A stretch of 63,996 bases of DNA, filler included, from Catajapyx aquilonaris (lineage: Eukaryota): assembly GCA_000934665.2 (NCBI GenBank). It is 3 parts of 3 records of this genome, joined end to end, with 100 filler letters (N's around TTAATTAATTAA, not from the genome) between each part and the next. Parts side by side here need not be neighbours in the genome. Positions count along the whole stretch, not along the records: positions 21,732 to 43,293 come from JYFJ02006021.1; 2 more parts are not named here. One strand, written 5' to 3'. Numbering within the stretch: the stretch's first letter is position 1; every line of letters begins with the position of its first letter. A program made the translations under genes and the position numbers. The notes under the pieces are model-generated. The model was given only the letters and a program-made list of their open reading frames with translations, was not told the origin of the DNA and ran no database searches. Below are positions 27,734 to 39,129 of the stretch, in pieces.

Positions 27734-29738
27734 GGGGTCGTGCAAATACCCCGTGACCGATTTTAGGGCAGATTTTGACCCCCCTCCCCCAGTGACCTAC
27801 CGTGGTATCCATTGGAACTCCCCCCCCCTTTTCATGTTTTTTTTTCCAATGAGTCATTCCATGCGAAATGGGCCAGGGTGGTTGCTCGACCCTCTAGGTA
27901 ATTTTGTATATTTTCACCACAGGTAGCCTTGATATTGACTTGCTCAAAACTATTTTTGTTAATTTTTTATCTGCCACCATGTTGGATTTATATTCATTTT
28001 TCTTCACCGCGGCGAGCAAAAACGAGCACTTGCAACGGTTCTGAAAAATGCTCCTGTTTGGTATCTATTCAAGATAGGATGTTCTGGTTTTCACTTCCTG
28101 AAAGTAGAGGTCCTGGCCTTTCAGAATATGTACATACATGTAGGATAAAACCTTGGTAACTGGAACTTGAATGGTCTTACATCTTGCCGCCGAAAAGATA
28201 AATTTTGCCATTTTCAAATGCCTGTAAATTCAAAAGGGCTTGAAACAACTGGATTGATTTGTTTTTTTTTCAAGAACTCTGACTGGGATGGGATCCACCT
28301 GTGGTAAAATAAATTCGGGGTTGCAAGCCCTTCTGGCCGATTTGTAGGTCCGAAATTGGAGAAATTTCGAAATTTGCGTACTTCAAGGTCAAATATCTCA
28401 AAAGGTGGTATTTTTTTTAAAATTAAGTTTTGGCCAGGGATATTCCTACTGGTCCTTAGTAAAAAACCGCAAACAGAACGTTGGTCTTTCCACTTTTCTG
28501 CCGGCCAGCCGTGAAGCGCCCGATTCCCGTAGCCACTAAGGGCGAAAGTCGCGTGCAGGTCTGCATCGATCCATGCTGGGTTAAGGGGGAAGCGTGCACG
28601 CGACTTTCGTCCTTAGTGGTTACGGGAATCGGCCGGCAGAAAAGTGGAAAGACCAAGAGGTTCTGGTTGCGGTTTTTTTCTATTCTTCCTCCCTGGCCCG
28701 CCAACTCCACCTGCGCTGAAAATGAATAGTGGGGAATCGCTACGATCACAATGTTAATTTCCCTCCCGACTTCATAACTCGAGATCGGGTTAATCGATTT
28801 CAAATCGGAAACAAATCGGACCACTAAGGGCGAAAGTCGCGTGCACGCTTCCCCCCTAACCCAGCATGGATGGATGCAGGACCTGCACGCGACTTTCGCC
28901 CTTCGTGGCTACGGGAATCGGGCGGGGGACCTTGAAGTACGCAAATTTCGAAATTTCGGACCTAAAAATCGGCCAGAAGGGCTTGCAACCCTGAATTTAT
29001 TTTACCACAGGTGGTGGATCCCATCCCAGTCAGAGTTCTTGGGGGAAAAAAATCCATCCAGTTGTTTCAAGCCCTTTTGAGTTTACAGGCATTTGAAAAT
29101 GGCAAAATTTATCTTTTCGGCGGCAAGATGTAAGACCATTCAAGTTCCAGTTACCAAGGTTTTATCCTACATGTATGTACATATTCTGAAAGGCCAGGAT
29201 CTCTACTTTCAGGAAGTGAAAACCAGAACATCCTATCTTGAATAGATACCAAACAAGAGCCTTTTTCAGAACCGTTGCAAATGCTCATTTTTGCTCGCCG
29301 CGGTGAAGAAAAATGAGTATACATCATGGTGGCAGATAAAAAATTAACAAAAATAGTTTTGAGCAAGTCAATATCAAGGCTACCTGTGGTGAAAATATAA
29401 AAAATAACTAGAGGGTCGAGCAACCACCGTGGCCCATTTCGCATGGAATGACTCCAATGTTAGTGTTATCAGAAAAAACGTGATCGAGAATATCCTCGAC
29501 TAAACTGTTTAAGCACGTAAAAAACATGTCTCCCCATGTTTTCGGGGTCGCTGATTTCGAATGTTAGGTTATTTTGAACCCTTGTGCCTCTGTAAAAGCT
29601 CCCAAATGTGCCCATTGACCGTGTTCAGAGATACCACGTGAACTGTCGCCGACCCCCCCTCCCCCCGTGACCAACCGTGGTATATCAGTAAACCCCCCCC
29701 CTCGCCCCAAAACGACCACGTGGTATTTGCACGACCCC
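27734..29738. mobile_element. PIF/Harbinger-type MITE (~400 bp once the nested element is removed), TAA TSD
   Basis: TAA|GGGGTCGTGCAAATACC...GGTATTTGCACGACCCC|TAA, with the TSD at 27731-27733 and 29739-29741. Confidence 0.85.
27851..29454. mobile_element. Non-autonomous long-TIR DNA transposon, Sola2-like
   Basis: TIRs of ~530-540 bp (27851-28390 and 28928-29454), GAG...CTC termini and a 4-bp TSD CAAT (27847-27850 and 29455-29458). GRG termini, long TIRs and a 4-bp TSD are described properties of Sola2. No transposase is present. Confidence 0.75.
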
Positions 29739-30127
29739 TAATTGGGCGGAACACCCTCCTCCATGTTCCTCCTCCATGAAGGAAGGTGGTCTGCAATGGA
29801 AGTCGAAAGTGAATGCTCCTCATTTGGCTGGCAGGTGAAGACGACATGCTCACCGCACAGTCGGGCGGATTGCGAAAAGGCCTGTCAAACATGAAGACTG
29901 TGCTACTTGAGTGATGAAAGTAAGCATTTTGAAGCGATTCAGATTCACTTGGAATTTAATCCCATACTTTTGGGAAGGCTTAATCATCATTTGCATATGC
30001 CAACTTCTGGGTGGGAATTTCTTGAACTTGTCAGGAAGTGTGATCCTTAAAACCTGTGAGTGGCCACTTTCACATTATCCCTTAACCACCAACGTGAATC
30101 TGCCATACATTGGCTACGACGTGGGGT

Positions 30128-30198
30128 AATTAAAAAAATTAAAACCGCGTGGGGTCCGTAAATTTTACGGACCCCACGCGGTTTTAATTTTTTTAATT
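30128..30198. repeat. Perfect palindrome, 35-bp arms with a 1-nt centre
   Basis: AATTAAAAAAATTAAAACCGCGTGGGGTCCGTAAA-T-TTTACGGACCCCACGCGGTTTTAATTTTTTTAATT. Confidence 0.95.
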
Positions 30199-30540
30199 TG
30201 ACTTAATAGCACTAAAGCCATTCTTCCCCACTAAATTCGGCCTGTATTCTCATCTGTCTGTGTAAAAATCGATCTCCTGTGACCATTAGCTGAGTCATAA
30301 GGGACTTGAGACTCCGTTATCGCAGTTTCGTAGCCTTCCAGCTCAATGCCGGAAGTAATAGCTTATAACGTAAAACATTCCCAGCTGCAGGTGCCCCAGT
30401 TGGAAAGCAAGATTTTAGTTCCGGGTAATATTTATTGCTGGATAACAACATTCACACCATGATTCACACTTTATAAAATACAATTTGCTGTGATGCGCTG
30501 TGGTGTGTCCTCTAAAAAATTATGTACATTGGCTACGACG

Positions 30541-33341
30541 CACAGTAGTTCGGATGCGAAATCTGGTCGGACAAAATTATTTTTTTCCCTTTATTGCAGA
30601 AATGTGATTAGGAATTATTGGACATAGCCGTTACTGGAAATAGCCGGCACAGGGAAGAGTAGAGACATATTCATCGGAGGAAAACAAAGGTATACGTCAG
30701 GAAAAAGTCAGTTTCTGTCAAGAAGTGACAAATAAAATTTATACAACAGGTTCCTAAAGAGACAACATTACATACCTTGGCAATACATCTTCAACAATGT
30801 ACAGACACATCATCATCGTCATGATCATCGTCACTCTGCTCTGGGTCTCTGAGAAGACGGAGTACTTCTGGTGGCAGTGTGCTACTTTTACGTTGGCGTT
30901 TCACTCGAAAACTGCTAATGAATGGGTCCGAAGACAGAAGGAGCATGTGAAGAACGTCTTCCATAGTTTTTTCCCGACTGAATTTACGAGTATGGTATTC
31001 CCTGTAACTTTTGTAGTCCTTGTTGCGGTGCTCTTGGGCCTCCTCAGACAACATGCCAATTGGAAGCACAGCATCTTTAATTAATTGTCCTCCATGTACG
31101 AGCAGCTTATGCACACTCTGTGGCATGTAGTACCAGTTGTCCTGTCGTATGTATAAGTCAGCAGTTTCAGAGCAATATTTTTCAAATTCTGCTATGTCAA
31201 TACTGTATCCGCTAGCAAGTGTTCTTAAAATGATGCCCAAACGTTTGATGAGGATTTCATCAACACCGGTTATATCTGAAGCCAAGGTAGGATTGCAGAA
31301 AAACTTACGAGCCGTATTGCCATCATTGCTCGTACCGAATCCTGGTTTCGGGATGTCGACCAGAAGTCCCATTTCATCCCGGAAACGATCTTGAATGACC
31401 TTTTTTCGGACCTCAACCCGCTCTTTGCCAGGCTTTCGAATTTGCCAAGATTGTATTTCTAGCCTGTACGCGATGTGCAAGATGCACTCAAAGCACTTAA
31501 TCCATGCATGCAGGCTCGATATCCCCAGCTTCAATGCGTCATCGTTCGGTTCTTTTCCACGGACAAGGTGTAAATTGTTCATCTGCTTAGGGGTCGCGCC
31601 ACACATGTGACAGTTCTGCGGCGCCTGATTCATAAGAATACTGTAAATTTTTCCGTCGATCATGCTGAGAACTAGCTCTTTTACATGTATTTCGCGCCCT
31701 TCCACTTGTACAACAGTAGGAGACAATTCCAATATTTGTTGTTTGATGTTGTCGATTTCGACCTTGGTCACTTCTGGACTCTTTCTTTAAAATGAGCTTT
31801 ATTGGCCGACAAGTTTGTGTGGACGAAGGGCGAGGATTATGCCACAAAACAATTGTGTGCTCGTCACTAGCAGTGGTGATTTGCAGTGGCACTAATGACA
31901 CAGCAAATATGTATGCATCGTCACAATGCTCATTTCGTGCCCCATCCGAAAATAGCTGCTTGTATGGGCTCTGTCCAGAGGCGCCATCGCAACCCCATTT
32001 GAAGACCACCTTCAAAATTGGTACGGTGTCCACGTCTGCAGTCAGTTGTTTCAGCACCTCTGATTGGGCTAATATCAGACGTTGTATAGTGTGGTCCAGC
32101 AAGGACTGAAGATTAATCTCCGCAGAAAACTCAGTAATAGTTATGCGATCTGGATAACATTGTTGTTTTGCAGCCAGAAGGATGTGATAGTTTGGGTATA
32201 TGTTGGCATTATGGGTTTTATTGATTAGTCGCATGGAAATGTACTGGTCTTTCGTTAGTCCCTTGTCTACAAAAAAGGCCAAGGCTTGTTCAGGTGTCAT
32301 TTTAATGGGTAGCATCTGGCCTTGGGATGCGAATGCTTTTTAATTTTTGTGGCCCTTTGTGGCGAGTAGGTTGTCACTTGCTTCACTATTTGTGCTGCAT
32401 CGCGCCTACCTGTTGCTTGTAAAGTCATTTGAGCAGCGAGGACGATCTCTTCGGAACTGTTTGTTTCTAGCAAATTTTTAACTTTCCTCTTCTTTGATCT
32501 GGCACTGCTGTCAATGAACTCCTTGCATGGTCGGCCAACGGAGGACCTACATTCGGGAACGGGAACCACATTTTCAAATGTCAGACGTCCATCCAGCCAA
32601 TCAGTTTTTAGACATGAACCAATCCAGTATGGAGTGAGATGTATGCCACCTCTGTTTCAGCTTACTGCAGAAATCGTTGCATTTGGTTTCGACTTGTTCA
32701 TGAACATCACTCCACGATTCTGAATCCCACTTATTGCATAAGTACTTGAACACACAGGGCGCCCTTTTCGACATCTGTGGTTCCTGTCGCCAAACATTGA
32801 AGAGCTCCGTGCGGGTTACTCCGTCCGCCAAGCCTAAAACAATTATTATTATTCAATGTTGACTCTACCAACCATGAACCAACCATGAATCTACTCTATG
32901 ATGATCCACCTACGCGGTGCGTATCAGTATTACGCAGCTATTCACGGCGGTCGGTTTTGCCAAGCCTCGAAAGGTAAATAAATTTTCGTAATACACTCCT
33001 TTTTTGTGCCTTCATTACGATATGTAAACAAGCAAGTAAACGTAACAAATTCAAAGTAATAAATATGGCTAAAATATATACACACCAGTAGCTGCATTCG
33101 CCATAATCGGCGACTTTTTTGGATCAAGCACACACGTGTTTACAGCTCTCTGGTTCAGTACTGACTGGAGGGCGTTGACGCACAAAAAAATCGGCTGATC
33201 CCACGGGCTTATTTTTAGAAACTGATCGTGCTTGGGATCTGGGCATGTCCTTAGCAGTTGATTGACACACTTTTTTCATTTTTCGGAATTTCGAAATTCC
33301 ATACATTTTGTCAAACCAGATTTTGAATCCGAACCACTGTG
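30541..33341 (-). mobile_element. Full-length Transib DNA transposon (2801 bp)
   Basis: 37-bp imperfect TIRs beginning CACAGT(A/G), 32/37 identical. The 5-bp GC-rich TSD CGACG lies at 30536-30540 and 33342-33346. The element encloses a Transib transposase. Confidence 0.95.
30791..32831 (-). pseudogene. Transib transposase (RAG1-core homologue), split by about 3 frameshifts
   Basis: Four consecutive ORF pieces carry GRPCKEF..SARSKKR, KWGCDGASGQSPYKQ (first Asp), SMIDGK (second Asp), CHMCGATPK, SSLHAWIKCFE, SNDGNTARKFF, YYMPQSVHKLLVHG and LSEEAQE (Glu). Frame breaks fall near 32600, 32310 and 31770. Confidence 0.93.
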
Positions 33342-36300
33342 CGACGTGGGGTATATCTGGACCCCACAGGGACGCTTTGCAGCATAAAAGTACTGGTAAC
33401 TCGGCCAAAAAAATCTACTGATGTCAGAATTTTTCATTGGATTGAAGAAAGTATGTCTGAGGAATATAGGCCAGCCATTTTTCATTTCATATAGAAATTT
33501 ATTAATCGTGATGTTATTAACTACTGTCGAAACCCTCCGCGTAATTGAGTTATTACCTGAATTAGCTGGGAGAATCAGGAAGTTGTGGCTTACGCAGGTA
33601 AAATGTTGGAATAAGTGTCGAGACAACAAGGAAGTTTCAAGTTCTAATTATTATTCAGCACTTGTTACATTAGTATGCAACGTGAATTACAATACACTTG
33701 TTACCAAGCTTGGCAACTGAATTTACACCTTAGTGTGCGGTTGTCGTGCCTTTCTTACTCTTCTGATTTTTTTTCCATGGCGGGCAGCTCCCCGTCTGAG
33801 CAGAAGGTGGTCACGGCCGCTGTTGAATATGGTCGTCACTCGGTGTCTGGAATGTTTGCCCGTCTACCGGTGGTCCTCCTTCGCTGCTGGTGTTGGATGG
33901 TCATCAACGACGTAGTTGTGGTAGTCTCGACGTGGCTGCAGACATGTGCCGAACGGGCTCGCTCGCACCAACGCTGGTTTAAGTTTTAGGCGCTTACTGA
34001 CTGTCGCGCACTTGAGAGGGGGGGGGGGTTTGATTACTCTCGAGGTGACAGAAGTTAAAGTTACACGTTGGTGACCACACCAAGTATTGCACAGTACTTT
34101 GCAAGAATTCACACTCCCCTTTAGTCCAACATTGGAGCTTAGATTCGTCACATCTTACTTCTAAACTAGGACCCACCCGACTGTCTTGCATTCTCCGTCC
34201 TTTTTTGGCTCCTCCGCAAAATCAGCCAGCCAAAATAATCTCATTGGATACCCGTTAAATGATTACGTTACTCCTCACTGGCCATCACTGCCGATGCTTC
34301 AAGTAAGATGTCAAAACAATATTGATTGGCTGCCTGAAGAAATGACGTAGTGTACTAAACAGCTAACGTTAACAATAACCCTTCTGGTGGGCAATGCTCA
34401 CTCCTTACATCCCATTCCATCTTACCATGTCGCAGGAATGTAGGAGGGAGGCAAGCAATGTGGTATCGGATGCGCGTGGCAGAGACTGTATGATCAACAA
34501 AAGGCGCTTAAAAAGGAGCTGGCTTTCAAGTGAAACCAGCCTGTTCAAGGCTATTTAGTCGCCATGTTAAGTTACTCGACATTAAAACATGACTATTTGG
34601 GGGGGGGAGGTTCACATCCACCACCCACCACCATACGAAAAGCTAAGTTGCAAGGCAATTTAACTTTTCGCCAAGTGAAAACCGAAGATCGCTACGTTAT
34701 GAGCATCACTAACGTAAGCACAACCCACCAAAAGTTTGTACAAAAATTCACACGTTGAAGCAAGGAACATCCTGAGGTTGTATCCGGTTTCTGCCCGGGG
34801 ACACCAATCTCTAGCTTGCACGCCGAACGGGCTGCCCACTGTCCAGGGACAGTGAAGCCCTGATGAAAAATGGAGCAGGCTCTGCTTCCACTTCTTTCTT
34901 TTTCGCGACCGTTCGAGGTCGTGTGACGTCACTCACTGCACATGTGCTCGTATAGCTGATCACTGAGTAAATGTTCTCTCCTCATTCTCTCGAGGAGCGA
35001 ACGTTGGCACTGCACTTTTCTTCTTGCACTATTTCGTGAATAACCCAGACTTGTCCAAAATTACTGTGAGGATCCCAAAACCTATACTAAAATATGTTGA
35101 GGAACATAACGACTGTACTACACTACACTCGAAAAATTTTCGAGTGGTTTTCCGCTCTATTTGAGTGGTTTTTCACTCTTTCTCCCACTTGATATACAAC
35201 CCTGTCTTTTTGAGTGAAACCCGCTCCTTCTAAGGAGTGAAAATTTTTCACTCAAATAGTGGTAAATTCCACTCCTTACCACTGAAATCGCCAGTGTATT
35301 TGAGTGAAACCACTACTCTTTCAGAGCATTCCATATTCACTCAAAGTGAGTTATTCCAATGAGTGACCTCCTCCCCCTCCCCAGGCAACCCCTTCTCCTG
35401 ACATACTTCAAATAGTGGACTATATATATAGGGGTTTTGTTCCATTTGGTCATTCAATTTTTTTTAGATCCTCACACAACCATGCGGCTGATCTTCTCAT
35501 GAAGTACTTCATGAGTGGGGCGAATTTTCCTTGCGTGAATGCCATAGTAAAAAGTGTCAATATACTCAGAAGTTCTGCAAGTTCACAGCATATGTCACAT
35601 CAAATATGTAGTGGCATTTGACCAACAGGTCAAATGACCTGAGGAATTCTTTTCCCGCTTCCATGAGATGGCGGTCCAGGACAAGAATAAACTTTTCATG
35701 CCTTTTCTTTGCACCCACTCCAATTATGTAAGGCTGAACCACGCCGTCGGATTTGTTGTTAGCCACAGCTTGGATGTCCTCACCAATCTGCACAAAATAA
35801 AACAGAATACGTATAAATTATACCATGTAATTCAGAACACCATTACAACAAATAATACACATGATGTTCCATCAGCTTCCTTGCACTATTCGTATAATTA
35901 CATGAAGAACAATTTTCCACACTGAACTGCTCCTTTCTGTACCCTTACCATCAACCAGTGACTTATTTGGTGTCGTCAAAAGTAGCAGTTTGATAAAATG
36001 CCCTGTACACACATAGGTGCATGTGTAGCATGAATGAATAGGTCAGAAAGCAAATTGGTCAATTTAATATTTATCAAGAACTGACAAATCATTCAGGCAG
36101 AGATATTTATGCAATTTACTTCAATGTGTTTATGAAAGTTGCTGATGAATAGGGTAGTGACAAAATGATGATTCACCAAATTCCCCTTACTGGTAGCGGT
36201 ATATTTAGTCACAATGGGCTCAAAAACTCCAATATGCCCACATAAGCCTGAATATTATAGGATTAATTTTACAAAGATATATCTCCATTTTGACAGCTTC

Positions 36301-37812
36301 AAAGTAATCTGGGATCGGTCAAAATCGATTTTTGGGGAATATATATTTTTAATTTTGTCTCTTCATCTTTATATGGACAGTTGCAATAATATGTACCCTC
36401 AAATTAACTGTAGCTATACATTAAAATCCTACAATATTTCTTACCTGCACAAATTTAACAAGTGAGTTCCGCTTGCAAGCATCAGTAAGTGAATTCTTTT
36501 TTGTTCCCTTTGCTCTCACAGATGGCACAATTGTGGTCATCAGAAGTATGGCTTGCATACACTCTGCAATGATAAGTGCTAATGAATAAAATTGCATGTA
36601 CTGTAAAATTGAACCTATTACCATCTTCAATGTCATTCAACTCGTGCTGCATGTCCGGTTCGTGGTGTTTGGCAAATGCCACAATTTTGGGTGCATCCTT
36701 CACAAATGATGTCATGAAATTCTTGTTGGACACTTTCAGCATCTCAAACTCAAGGTCGTGCTGGGAAAATATTGTAATTCAGAATATATATGGTGTCAAA
36801 GATACAAACATATTCGATTCACTGGAATTTACCAGACGGTCCTCATAATCAAGAAGTCGGGGGTAGATCCTCAGAATTTCTGTAATGGTCATTTTTTTCT
36901 TTCCCATATCACTTCTCACCACGTGTGTTTCACGCATGTACTGGATAATTTGTTCCCTGTTAGCTGCTGTTGGTGCAGCATATTTCATCCAGTTCATCTG
37001 ATAAAAATGGCAATAATGCGTATGTGCAATTTGTCAAGGTCACTTATTTCCCCCATCCAATATGTGTATAATACCTATGGGCAATAAATCTATACTACTA
37101 TTACTACTACTACTACTACCACCACCAGCACCACCCCAACGACGAATTTGTCAAAGTTTCATGCAATTAACCTGATCAATACATGCAGGATCAGATGAAA
37201 AGTATTGCTGTGTTACCATTTCTTCATAATCCGTTGATGGCTCTTCATCAGTTCCAGGATCATCACCTTTATCCTGAACACGACGTCTTTTCATCCCTTT
37301 ATTTTTCTTTTTGGTTGGGGTGAGTGACGTTCTCATAGTCTTTAGACGAAACTCGATGAAACCCTGGCCGGTTTTCAGATCAAATGAGGGTTCCTGATGT
37401 GTATTGAAATATGTATAAAACAACTCATTTTATGCACACAACTGTTCTTTTATGACAGCTGTACTGTTACATGTCCCTTCAATCCTTCCCTTTTAACCTG
37501 CAGCTTGGGAAAAGCAGACACAATTGCAATGGCCAATGCGTCTTTTTCCAATGTTGTAGGATAGCTAAAAGAGAAAGACAGAGAGAATAAATATATATGC
37601 ATGTATTATGTGTATAGGAATATTTTCACATCTGATACTGGCTGCCGACTTTCTCGACCAAATGGCCACAGGCAATTCGCACCAACAGCCTCTGATCCTT
37701 TGCGTCCACACAGTATGGTCTGGGTCATTGAGCAATGCTTCCAACTTTAGGCCCTGTGGATGTTGTTTGACAACGGATGCAATGTCAAAATCCTGAAAAG
37801 TAATTCTATTTA

Positions 37813-38039
37813 AAGTCCTTTTACTGAAAGAATGAACACACGTCACAGTTGCCCGCCCCAACCCCACTGCAACTCCTTGTCCATAACTCCTGTCCACCAG
37901 AGGATCATTTATATGTATAGAGCAGGTGCCACCATAAAAATTAAGTTACCGAGACAATGGACTATGTCAAACCAAGTCCATGCATAAAAAATAGTGACGT
38001 CAACTGTGACGTGTGTTCATTCTTTCAGTAAAAGGACTT
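37813..38039. mobile_element. Small MITE-like insertion with 39-bp perfect TIRs and TA flanks, in an intron of the SAM gene
   Basis: 37811-37851 is the exact reverse complement of 38001-38041 (41 bp including the flanking TA). Confidence 0.65.
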
Positions 38040-38638
38040 TAGTCAAGGGAATGTGCTGTAGAAATTGTCTATACAGGAATCCCTTAGTTATGTTACCGTC
38101 GACTTCAGATGTTTTCTGTTCGAGGAACCTCTAGGTTTAATTTCAACTTCTGGAAGCAATGTGATGGATGGGTTCCCTGGAAGTTGATGGTTGCTGGCTG
38201 TATTGAACCATTTCAGGTTTGGATGTCACTACAGGCACATCTTCATGAGTGATAGGTACCGCGAAAGTTATCTCGGAGTCGTTTCTGTCCAGGTTCTGTT
38301 AAAAATTAATAGCGTTAGGCAAGTTTGTACTTCATGGTTGCATGATGCAGTTATTTCTGATTATTATGAAGAGAGTGTGTTTATACCTGCTGTCCGTCGG
38401 ATTTAGCTTCCTCAATGAGGCATTCTATGATTTTCTTGCGGCCCATTTTAAGGCCCAAATCTTTGAGGTCCTCTGATGTGAGCTTCAGAAATCCTTTTCC
38501 ATTCACTTCTTCAACTGAAACGAAGAACAATCACACACAGAATTAATATTTTATAATTTTACCGACCTCTTCTATTGTGTGGTGTCTATAGACATTCTGC
38601 TTAAGAAGGAAAACACTGCACAATAGCTTGAGCTCATA

Positions 38639-39074
38639 CAAGGTGCGGATGAATATTTTCCTTCGGAACGTCTAGGATAGGCTGAACTCCTGTCCACCAG
38701 AGGATCATTTATATGTATAGAGCAGGTGCCACCATAAAGATTAAGTTACCGAGACAATGGACTATGTCAAACATAAGGTATATAATATCATGAAATGTCC
38801 CGGTATGTGTTCCACCAGCCAGCCTTATACCTTTTCTAATTTATTTTAAGTATTACAATTTAAATTTATGATACGATCAGGTTCTGGCCAGGTTAATGGA
38901 AGTGTATACAACATATATATAGAAGATGGTTAAATGCATTTTTTATGTAATGCTCAATATCTCGGTAACTGATTTTTTAAGACTCTATGCTGGCACCTCT
39001 ATACATAACGTGATCCTCTGGTGCCCCGACTGTCACCCTATAGACGTTCCAGGAAATTTTCCATTCCCACTCGG
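38639..39074. mobile_element. Old Tc1/mariner-type MITE with degenerate long TIRs
   Basis: TA|CAAGGTG...GGAACGTCTA...CACCAGAGGATCA...AGTTACCGAGA is mirrored at the right end, which finishes CACTCGG|TA. Confidence 0.55.
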
Positions 39075-39129
39075 TATTTGTAGATTGATATGGTAATCTG
39101 ATCGATTTTATATACTAAACAACTTACCA

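Noticed and set aside
29900..35100. RAG2-like partner gene (ProtoRAG-type element)
   Set aside because: The TIRs and TSD delimit only 2.8 kb, which is filled by one transposase gene. No kelch/PHD-like ORF is seen inside or beside it.
35126..35365. CRISPR-like repeat array
   Set aside because: These are irregular short palindromic units at a CACT terminus in a eukaryotic context, better explained as CACTA subterminal repeats.
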